Shown here one piece after another: positions 39,701-51,700 of a DNA stretch of 59,949 bases. The stretch covers positions 124,001 to 183,949 of the forward strand of contig NW_026860434.1 of assembly GCF_026571515.1 (NCBI RefSeq), given 5' to 3'. Both the position numbers and the translations under genes were made by a program. The notes under the pieces are model-generated. The model was not told the DNA's origin and did no database searches. It saw nothing but the letters and a program-made list of their open reading frames with translations. The stretch is from Ruditapes philippinarum (lineage: Eukaryota). Within the stretch, counting starts at the first letter, position 1. Each line of letters begins with the position of its first letter.

Positions 39701-42700
39701 GCCGCCCTTCATTACTTCAGGGTAGGAAAAGGTACTAACCAGACAAATCATGTGATCCAATCCGGTGCAAATCCGGTGGAATTTTACCATTCCAAGAGTC
39801 TTGAAGATATCATCGATGTATGGAAGACTGGTTTTGCTTACTGCAAGAGTACCGGAAGTCAAGCGCCACATCTGGACACTTCTATAGCAGTATTGTGTAA
39901 TTAACTCCTCAACTTTAATCATTCCTTAATCATAATAATTGGATTGATTGATTTTTTAACTGATTGATTGAATGATTGATTGATTGACTGTTTGATTGAT
40001 TGATTGATTAATAAAATCATATTCTTTTGAACATTATCATTAATTTTATGAAAAAATTTATTTCAAGTTACCTTGAATATTTTTATAGCAGTTACAGCAC
40101 TTTTTAAGTCATAATTTTATTAATTAATTTATTTTTTTAATCAATTGTAAATATTTTATTCAACTATCCAAGCAGTATCTTTTGAGATAATTTTTTACAT
40201 TTTCATTGTACATGTATAATGTATGACATATAAACTAGTGCTGTTGTCATAGAAAAATCGCCTATCATTCAATACTTTTCCGATACTGACATAGGAACTT
40301 TAAGACAAACATTCTATTAATATATTTTTACTTATGAAATTGGCATGTGTAAGACAATTTCATGAGTATAAGTGCTATTCTCATTACTTTTATTGTCAGA
40401 GCAACTTGTTTTCATTAGTATAAGTGCTATTTTGATTACCTTTATCACCATGGCAACTTCTCATTTTCATGAGTATATGTGCTTTTTTAATTACATGTAC
40501 CTTTATGAATATCATCATGGCAACTTCTTATTTTCTTGAGTATAAATGCTATTTTAATTACTTTTATTATCATGGCAACTTCTCATTTTCATGAGTATAA
40601 GTTTTATTTTAATTACTTTTATCACCATGACAACTTCTTATTTTCATGAGTATATGTGCTATTTTTTATTACTTTTATCACCATGGCAACTTCTCATTTT
40701 CATGAGTATACATGTAAGTGCTATTTAAATTACTTTTATCATCATGGCAACTTCACATTTGCATGAACTTAAGTGTTATTTTAATTATTTTTATCACCAT
40801 GGCAACTTTTCGATTTCATGAGTATAAGTGCTAATTTTATTACTTTTAACACACAATGGAAACTTTTTGTTTTCTGTACAATGGCAAGTTCATGAAATAA
40901 TTCTTTTCTCTTTTTTGAAATGGCATGTTCCTTAGAACTAATACCTTTCTATTTCAAATGGTTAGATTACATAAGTTATTACTCATTCCTATACATTGTA
41001 ATGATAATCATTCCCATTTCATCTTTAAAATAGCAAGATCTTCAGAGAAATTCTCATTTTCATTACAATGGCGCATTTATCTGAGCTATTCCCATTTCAT
41101 TAAAATGGCAGTTTTATGTGAGCTGCTCTCCATTGATTACAAGGGCAAGATTTAATGAGAGCTTTTCTCTTTTACATAACAATGGCAAGTTTATGAGAGG
41201 TATTCTCATATTTTTTACAATGGCAAGTTTATGAGAGGTATTCTCATTTTTTTTACAATGGCAAGTATATGAGAGGTATTCTCATTTTTTTTTACAATGG
41301 CAAGTATATGAGAGGTATTCTCATTTTTTACAATGGCAAGTTTATGAGAGGTATTCTTATTTTTTTTTAACAATTGCAAGTTTATGAGAGCTATTCTCAT
41401 TTCTTACAATGGCAAGTTTATAATATATATTCTCATTTTTTTACAATCACACAATCACAAGTTTATGGGAGCTACTCTCAATTTTTTACAATGGCAAGTT
41501 TATGAGAGCTACTCTCATTATTTTACAATGGCAAGTGAATGAGAGATACTGTAATATTTTGACTATGGCAAGTTTATGAGAGCTACTCTCATTATTTTAC
41601 AATGGCAAGTGAATGAGAGATACTGTAATATTTTTTCAATGGCCAGTTAATAAGAGGTACTCTAAATAATTTACAATGTCAAGTTTATGAAAGCCACTCT
41701 CTTTTTATGGAAAGTTTATGAAAGCTACATGCACTTTCATTATCTTTACACCAAAAAGTTTATGAGGGCTACATTCATTTTCTTAACAATGGCAAGTTTA
41801 TGAGAGCTACTTTCATTTCCTTAGAATGGAAAGTTTATGATAGCTACCGGTACTTTTATTCTTTACAATTTAAAAAATTATGCGAGCTACTAAATTATAA
41901 TTTTATGAAAGCTACATTTACTTTCATTTGTTTACCATGACAAGTTAATGAGGACTACATTTATTTTCTTTACAGTGGCGAGTTCATGAGAATTATTCTC
42001 AAAATGGCTATAGTAGTTCATGAAAACCATTTGTGATATTTCATTACAATTGCAGTCAATCATAGAAGCATAATAAAACTACTTCAATTATCATTTGCTT
42101 GTGTTTTATCCCATCAATGACATGACCAGTTTTTATTTGTTTGGGTTGTCAGACCAAACAAATAATGGTAGCGAAATTTCAGACTCTAATGCTGTTGATT
42201 GCTTCCCTTTATACGTGGGTTGTCCCAATATTCTGTGACAATATTGTTTAAAAGCTAAATAAAACGGGTACGAATTTGATATTTTAATATGTTATAAACC
42301 CTTATAATTGAAACATTTTCGCAAATTTACATAGAACAAGATATGTTTGTAAAACATGTATGCCCCCTATCAGCAGCCAATTAGTCATGTGATAAGGTTA
42401 TTATGCATGACTTCTGACCCAGTGATCAAACAATTAATAAGGGTTATCAAGTATCTACTGGTCATGACCTTGACCTTTGACCCCTTGACCAAAAACTCAA
42501 TAGGGGTCATCTGCTGATCACGACCAATCATCATACAAAGTTTGAAGTTCCTAGGCCTAAGCGTTTTTAGTTAATTGATCAGAAACCGTTTTTACCTACA
42601 AGGTCAATGTGACCTTGACCTTTGACCCCCTTGACCCCAAAATCAATAGGGGTCATCTGCTGGTCATGACCAATCACCATGCCAAGTTTGAAGTTCCTAG

Positions 42701-45700
42701 ACCTAAGGGTTCTTTTATTATTGATCCGAAACCGTTTTAACATACAAGGTCAATGTGACCTTGACCTTTGACCCCAAAATCAATAGGGGTCATCTGCTGG
42801 TCATGACCAATCACCATGCCAAGTTTGAAGTTCCTAGGCCTAAGCGTTCTTTAGTTATTGATCAGAAACCGTTTTTACTTACAAGGTCAATGTGACCTTG
42901 ACCTTTGACCCCTTGATCCCAAAATCAATAGGGGTAATCTGCTGGTCATGACAAATCACCAAACCAAGTTTGAAGTTCCTAGGCCTAAGCGCTCTTAAGT
43001 TATCGATCAGAAACCGTTTTTACTTACAAGGTCAATGTGACCTTGACCTTTGACCCAAAACTCAATTGGGGTCATCTGCTGGTCACGACCAATCATCATA
43101 CAAAGTTTGAAGTTCCTAGGCCTAAGAGTTTTTAGTTAATTGATCGGAAACCGTTTTTACCTACAAGGTCAATGTGGCTTGACCTTTGACCCCTTGACCC
43201 CAAAATCAATAGGTCATCTGCTGGTCATGACCAATCACCATACCATGTTTGAAGTTCCTAGGCCAAAGGGTTCTTAAGTTATTGATCGGAAAGCTTTTTT
43301 ACCTACAAGGTCAATGTGACCTTGACCTTTGACCCCTTAACCCAAAAATCAATAGGGGTCATCTGCTGGTCATGACCAATCACCATACCAAGTTTGAAGT
43401 TCCTAGGCCTAAGGGTTCTTGAGTTATTGATCGGAAACCGTTTTTACCTAAGAGGTCAATGTGACCTTGACCTTTGACCCCTTGACCCCAAAATCAATAG
43501 GGGTCATCTACTGATCATGACCAATCACCATATCAAGTTTGAAGTCCCTAGGCCTAAGGGTTCTTTTGTTATTGATCGGAAACCGTTTTTACCAAAGAGG
43601 TCAATGTGACCTTGACCTTTGACCCCTTAACCCCAAAATCAATAGGGGTCATCTGCTGGTCATGACCAATCACCATACCAAGTTTGAAGTTCCTAGGCCT
43701 AAGGGTTCTTTTGTTATTGATCGGAAACCATTTTCACCTAAGAGGTCAATGTGACCTTGACCTTTGACCCCTTAACCCCAAAATCAATAGGGGTCATCTC
43801 CTGGTCATGACCAATCACCATACAAAGTTTGAAGTTCCTAGGCCTTAAGGTTCTTTAGTTATTGATCGGAAACCATTTTTGCTTACAAGGTCAATGTGAC
43901 CTTGACCTTTGACCCCTTGACCCCAAAATCAATAGGGGTCATCTACTGATCATGACCAATCACCATACCAAGTTTGAAGTTCCTAGGCCTTAAGGTTCTT
44001 TAGTTATTGATCGGAAACCGTTTTTGCTTACAAGGTCAATGTGACCTTGACCTTTGACCCCTTGACCCCAAAATCAATAGGGGTCATCTACTGGTCATGA
44101 CCAGTCACCATACCAAGTTTGAAGTTCCTAGGCCTAAGGGTTCTTCAGTTATCACTCGGAAACCATTTGGTCTACGGACCGACGGACCGACGGACCGACA
44201 GACCGACGGACCGACGGACCGACAAGTGCAAAGCAATATACCCCCTTTTCTTTGAAATGGGGGCATAAAAATATCAACAAACAACAAAAATATGTCATAA
44301 ACACCATGGCAACTAACTGAATCGCGGCGCACGTCAAACGTCAAAGACGGCGTTTAATCTATATAAGGCGCCTTTCTCAAATACTCTCAATGGCTTTAAA
44401 CGCAATAATGGTGCAGCTTTACCCATAAATCGTCAATTACAGACCCAAATCATGATGTTGTTAATGTCTGTTGAATGTTTGAATGGCATACATTAATTTT
44501 TCCTATACGCAAACTTCCGGTTTCGTTGCACCTGTCTGTTGCTGTAGGAAATAGGCGACGAAGATCGCTCTTCCTATCCTTGTTTTCCTTATTTTCGCTT
44601 TTTGTAGCGCAAAACTCTGGTTCCATTCATGCCTTTTGTACACAAATGCTCAGGGCATGTTGCTAAACTGTTTTATTTGGTATATTTGTTGAAAATCGTA
44701 ACATGTGTCATCTCGAAATAGTCATAAAACCTGAGTGACCTGTTCACTGCGCCGCAAATTCTTCGAACGCCGCCATTTTAACTTTCCTATTTTATATGAG
44801 ATATTTTCATTTATTCGTATCTTTTTCGCTTCTTAAGTTATTTAAATAAAATTTTCTGAGATGATGTAAACATATTAGCAGAGGAAGTCAACGTGACCTT
44901 GTGCAGACACATCATCAGATATTTGAAATACATTGTATACGTAATTAAGTTTAGCCTATTCATAACAAAATGCAAACTATTTGACGTGCGCCGGTAACTC
45001 AAACCAATTTTGTTAATACTGAAAATTTTTAAGTAACTAGAGTAAATTTTTTGTAAATGATTTGTTGTTATGTTAAATAATAAACTTTGAGGTTATATAT
45101 GTGAATTATTTTCTATTGGCGTTAAAAATGAATCGTCTATAAAATTTGTCACGGACTTTTGGGACAACCCTCGTATATACACTAATGCCGAAAAATTCAG
45201 GGAAGATCACTGCGTAAAGATGGTCAAATGACAGGCGCATTAATTTTCAAGCAAAATAATTCCCGAATGGTCGAAGATTTCTAATATTGTTTTATTCTTT
45301 ACAGATATATATGCTTATAGTATGCGCCATGATTATTTACACAAGTGTTAAACAACAGTAACCGTCGTTACAAACCCTAATTCAGCATAATATGGTTTTC
45401 TTCAGGCCATGAAAATATAAATTCACCGTGGCTGAGGGGTTTGCGTGCTCGCATAGGAAGCGAGAGGTCTGGAGTTCAAATCCTAGTAAAGGCAACTCAT
45501 TTTTTTTTCAAATTGTTTAAGTCAAATAAACATTGGATTGAATATCAGTGTTGCAATTAGTCTTATAGCCAATTTACTACAATTAAAACGCTGGAAAGCA
45601 TTGGTGGCACTATACAAAAACAAATTGGTTTATAATCTCACAACCTTCACCTTTCTGACATTCCGAGACCCAAACAAATTCAGCCCTGTCTGTGCTTTGA

Positions 45701-48700
45701 TTTAAAACAACTTTATCAAGTCTTATATTAAGCCTATTTACCTTGCTTGTAAACAAAGCATGTATGTTACTTGATTTATTCATTCATCAGCTAACAAATA
45801 CTGGTAACATATGACCCAAGTTGGGTTCTCACCAACAACCCCTTGGGTGTAAAGCAGACTCCATAACCACTTTATCACCAGTCCTAAAAGCTATATTTTG
45901 GTTGTGATATTTTAAAGATGATGCATATTTCAGGATTTCTCTCAGCATAGACTTTCAGCATAGTTTTCATACGCAACATGTTTATGCAGTCTATGTGACA
46001 AAAAATAAGGTCAGTGACAAATTTCCCATTGATGACAGTATGAGGTTTTAAAAGCAATCTCTATTTAAAACTAGAGGATGCTTTTGTAAAAAAGCGCATG
46101 TCTCCCCCACTGCAACCGTCGCTGTGACCTTGACCTTTGACCTACTGACCATTAAAACAATAGGGATCATTTGATTAATAAGACCAATCATCCTATGAAG
46201 TTTGAGGGTTGTAGGTCAAAAGGAACTCTAGTTATCATCCGGAAATGAGAAATTGACCAACGGTCACTGTGACCTTGACCTTTGACCTACTGACCCCAAA
46301 AACAATAGGGATCATCTGCTCTATAAGACCAATCATCCTATGAAGTTTGAGGGCTGTAGGTCAAAAGGAACTCTAGTTATCATCCGGAAACGAGAAATTG
46401 ACCAACGGTCACTGTGACCTTGACCTTTGACCTACTGACCCCAAAAACAATAGGGATCATCTGCTCTATAAGACCAATCATCCTATGAAGTTTGAGGGCT
46501 GTAGGTCAAAAGGAACTCTAGTTATCATCCGGAAATGAGAAATTGATCAACGGTCACTGTGACCTTGACCTTTGAACTACTGACCCCAAAAACAATAGGG
46601 ATCATCTGCTCAATAAGACCAATCATCCTATGAAGTTTGAGGTCTGTAGGTCTAAAGGAACTCTAGTTATCATCCGGAAACGAGAAATTGACCAACGGTC
46701 AGTGTGACCTTGACCTTTGACCTACTGACCCCAAAAACAATAGGGATCATCAGCTCTATAAGACCAATCATCCTATGAAGTTTGAGGGCTGTAGGTCAAA
46801 AGGAACTCTAGTTATCATCCGGAAACGAGAAATTGACCAACGGTCACTGTGACCTTGACCTTTGAACTACTGACCCCAAAAACAATAGGGATCATCAGCT
46901 CTATAAGACCAATCATCCTATGAAGTTTGAGGGCTGTAGGTCAAAAGGAACTCTAGTTATCATCCGGAAACGAGAAATTGACCAAAGGTCACTGTGACCT
47001 TGACCTTTGAACTACTGACCCCAAAAACAATAGGGATCATCTGCTCAATAAGACCATTCATCCTATGAAGTTTGAGAGCTGTAGGTCAAAAGGAACTCTA
47101 GTTATCGTCCGGAAACGAAGAATGGACGGACGGACTGACGGACTGACAGACTGACGGACGGACGGGACGGACGGACGGACGGACAGGGCAAAAACAATAT
47201 GTCTCCCCCCGAGGTGGGGGAGACATAATAAAATAAACTGAGGACATAACTAATCTAACATACCATGGTCATGATCATTTATATTTTACTCATTTGACAC
47301 AAATACAAGTACGGTCAAGAAAGTGGTCTCAAGAGTGCCTCTTATGAGCCTCAAGCTTTTATCACAAACATGGCTATTTATAAGGGCAGCAGGGTGTAAT
47401 GGTTAGCATGACTGCCTCTCAACCCAGCAATGATGGGTTCGAGCCCTAATCTGGTCAAGACCATGTTTCCTCATATGACACCAGTACTGGCTGGTTCCAG
47501 GAAGTGGACTCGAAAGTGATAAATATATGCTGTCATAACTTGTTTGCCAATCGAACTTAAATAAATATGTTTAAACCAAGGTATTTTATAAAAATAAAAA
47601 AATTCATATTTCAACTAGGCTAACAAAGGTTTGTTTTTTTATTTTTTTTACCAGTACATGTATATGACATTACAAATATAAAAAATAAAATAAAACTTAC
47701 TTGATAATGTCTGTTCTCCATACACCTGCTCATCATCCCTTGGATCAAAAGCACCTGTTCGCATTACATAATCTGTGCTCAGTGCTAGAATGTTTACCCA
47801 GTGACCATGACCTTGTAATGTCCGACATAACATTCCCTAAATCAATTAACGTGTATAAGATAGTAATTATAATATTTTAATGTTTGATTCTGTTTTATAT
47901 TTAAATATGCATTATTCACATTCTTAAACAGTTTATTCTGGGATTAACACTGCCCCTCTGCATAACGGTGATTTTTACAGAATTATATTTGCTATTTAGA
48001 TACATGTATATAATTATTACCTTAATTAGTTTTGTTTGTTTGTTTGGGATGGTTTTATGAAGCACCAACACAATTCAGGTCATATGGCGCCAAAATATGA
48101 AAGAAGATTTTAGCTATCCTTGGATGTTACAAACTTAAAGCAACACCACGGGTCAAAACCACCTCACCTGCTGGAACTAAGAGATTCATAGACTCCAGTA
48201 ATTTGAACCCATTTAGTCGCCTCTTACGATCAACCTTAAAGGCAACCCTTCAGCCACTAGGTGCCCCTAATTACTGTAGGTGAAAGATATTGAAAGTGGT
48301 TTATTAATATCATACAGCTTTTTTAGTTTTACTAGCAGAGAACTTCTTGGATTCCCATCAGTACATCATTTCCAGCACTTTTCACTCCATTTAAACCTAC
48401 ATTTATAGAATAAATTTTTAACCTTTAAAAAATATCTTAATTTCATAAATCTGCACAAACTTACATCACTTTTCCAGACTTTAATAGTTCTATCTTGTGA
48501 AGCTGTATATAACAGGTCTGTCCCGCCCCATTTCACGCATGTCACACATTGTAAATGCCCCGATATACAAACTGTACACTGTGACAACACTGTGTCCCAT
48601 ATCCGAACTGTCGCATCCTGAAATATTGTAAATATAAATATACACATAAATGATCATATATTAATTTATCATTCTATAAATATCCTGATTGTGATTGGTC

Positions 48701-51700
48701 GAAATGCGTCATGTGATAAAAGAATATGAACGATATTTGTATGTATTATTTCATACCAGGAATATAAAATATAAAAGGTAGACTACTTAACATTCATTTA
48801 GATACTGTCTCACAAACAAAACAGGCTCAGAGGTTATAAAGAAATCCTCCAACCTCAAACTTAGATCTTAGATATTTGATTGGTCAGAAACTCCAACAGA
48901 ATGTACACTAACCAATGGAAAACCTGAGATCCGGAAAGAAGTTGTTTAACTTTGAGACCAGTTCTAAGGTCCCTTAACCTTCAGTTTTACACTTGGCTAA
49001 TAACTATTTACCAAATATCTAAAATGTCAGTCAAGAAATTGAAACCTCTCACAGGAAAATCTTTTTGTTTAACCTAAATATCCTTGTCCAATCGAGTTCA
49101 AATTGCATACAAGTACGGTGGTCAAAGTATCCTAATATTAGACATGTAATTATCAATACATTTAGATCCCATGTAGAAGCAGCAAGTACAATGTGACAGG
49201 ATAAAGGAGAAACTTGCTACTTTATGCCCATTTTCACCTCCATCTTGAAATATGGTGGCAGGAAAAAAAATACAGCCGTTGTGATACACTGCACACCTCA
49301 AGAACTTCCAACTTAAAGAAACCTTGCTGGATATTGAAGGTTTTATTAAGCATTCTTTCTAATGATTATTGAACAGGTTTAATTTTTTTCTTTCTTTAAT
49401 TGGGTATAATGTTGCACCAACACAGTATAGGTCATATGGCAACATTCCAGCTTTACTGGTGGAGGAAGATCTCAGGTGCACTTCTGTAAATCATGTCACG
49501 CACAATCCGGCTGCCGAGTAGAACTACCAACATTCTGTTAGCTTGCTGGATAACTTTCTCAGGATTAATGTATCAACTTAGAATGTGTAATAATTTGAGC
49601 CGCGTCATGACAAAACCAACGTAATGCATTTGTGACCAGCATGGATCCAGAACAGCCTGCGCATCCGTGCCATCTGATCAGGAACCATGCTGTTCGCTAT
49701 CAGTTTCTTTACTTGTTATAGGGTTTGTAAGCGAACAGAATGGAGCTTGATCAGACTGCCCTGATGCGCAGGCTAGTCTGGATCCATGCTGGTTGCAGAT
49801 GCACTATGTTGGTTTTGTCGTGACGCGGCTCATTTATCAGTTTTAAAGCCATGTCAGCTCTACATAATATCAAATTTTAGTTCATACCTTTGAAGAGCTT
49901 GCTAAAAATCTGCATTCTGGATCTCTGAAATATACAAGGTAAGTAGTTTACATAGTGTACCTTCATAGTTTTCTATTCATAAACTGATTAATCAGATATT
50001 AATAAAGACATGATAAAATGGTGTTTAACATGATGCTGTTGATAACCATAGAAAAGAAGACATTATTGTTAATAATTGATAAGATGTCCTAAAGATTTGT
50101 TCCCCTTGTCATATTCTGCATAAATCTATGGTAAACATGGTGTCTCTATTTTCTATGTTAGCTCTTGTGTTTATATGCACTGTATATTTATTAATTCTAT
50201 ACAAATTTGTTAGGGTTTTGCTTATATATATATTATGGGTATTTTTATTCATATTGTTGTATATAAATTTTGTACTATTTTGTTTCAGTTTTGACAATAC
50301 AATGTACAATGTACATGTAAACTTTATGTTCATTTACCTCATGAAATAAAATATTTTAAAATTAAGTGTTTCCAATTAATCAAAACGAAAATCAGACCTT
50401 CCAAAATGCTAGTCGGATAATCATAGCACAACAGATTTCAATGTCCATTGTTATGGTTAGAAATTTAAAGTGTTATTTAAATGAGCCGTGTCATGACAAA
50501 ACCAACATAATGGGTTTGCGACCAGCATGGATCCAGACCAGCCTGCGAAACCGTGCAGTCTGATCAGGATCCATGCTGTTCGCTATCAGTTTCTGTACTT
50601 GTTATGGGGTTTGTAAGCGAACAGCATGGATCCTGATCAGACTGTGCGAACGCGCAGGCTTGTCTGGATCCATGCTTGTCGCAAACCCATTATGTTGGTT
50701 TTGTCATGACACGGCTCAAATATAAATCAAAAGAGAATTTTTAGTAATGAAAAATCTACACAGACAAGCCTCATATGCAACTTACAGATGTAATGGTTTC
50801 CATGCCAACCAAGTAATCCACTGTTTATGAAGTGATAAAGTTTTTCCTATCTGTTTTCCTGTGGCTGGATCCCATACACAAACCTGCATCCAAACAAAAA
50901 ACAGCTGTTAAGAACTAATTCTAAATAAAGTTTAAATCATAAGGAGCACAAGTAACATTTTTCACTAGTTCACACTTATTTTAAGCTGAAGAGTCACTCT
51001 TTGTTCTAACCAGTGCTGGCAAAACTCTGATTTTCACTAGACATGATACAGTAAAAGACCTACCTTCATGTACTTCTGAAGATTTTTAGCTGTTTGGTGT
51101 GGTTTAAGTCAGTGTGACTTGCAAAAAATCTAGAAAAAGGGTGATCCCTCAGAAGCATTTATCACAACAAAATTACATTTAAATTGCAGACTCTGTTTAA
51201 TTGAGTCTGTACATGAGGGATAATGAAAAAGTACAACATCCCTCATGTCAATTGCACCAGCTTGAACAGTACCAAATTATCAACACTAATGTGCTGGAAT
51301 CAATGATCCTGAAGGACCAGAAAGAAAAAACAACACTGAAAGTCTTAACAAACTTGCAGAGCGAATTTGGGGACTTTTTATAAAAGTGTTCCCTATTTAA
51401 TTTTTGAACAAGCTATTTGTGGTCAAGGTAGCTTTGACCGACAGACATCAAGATAAGTAGGTCATAATCATCCTCCCCACAAAATCGGAGTTGAGTACAT
51501 TGCCATATTCTTTACATATGACAGGCTTTTCTCAGTAAACCTCTAAGATAAAAATTTCTTTGATTGATCTTAAATTGATTAGTAATCATCTCCAACATAA
51601 CTACCAAATCTAAGGCCTGTTTGCAACATTGTTCTCTAGTTATTAATTGTAAAAGCCTTTCTGGTGACCTTTGGCATTCTAACCTAAAATCTACAGGTGT

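Noticed and set aside
39311-39922. 203-aa minus-strand ORF (and 39262-39519)
   Set aside because: Antisense shadow of the 476-aa gene; no NLE1 or other recognisable motif
42400-47100. Regular arrays resembling CRISPR
   Set aside because: Whole units repeat with no unique spacers; eukaryotic context; no cas genes
47384-47455. tRNA gene
   Set aside because: A/B boxes present but no convincing cloverleaf, and it continues into a SINE-like body
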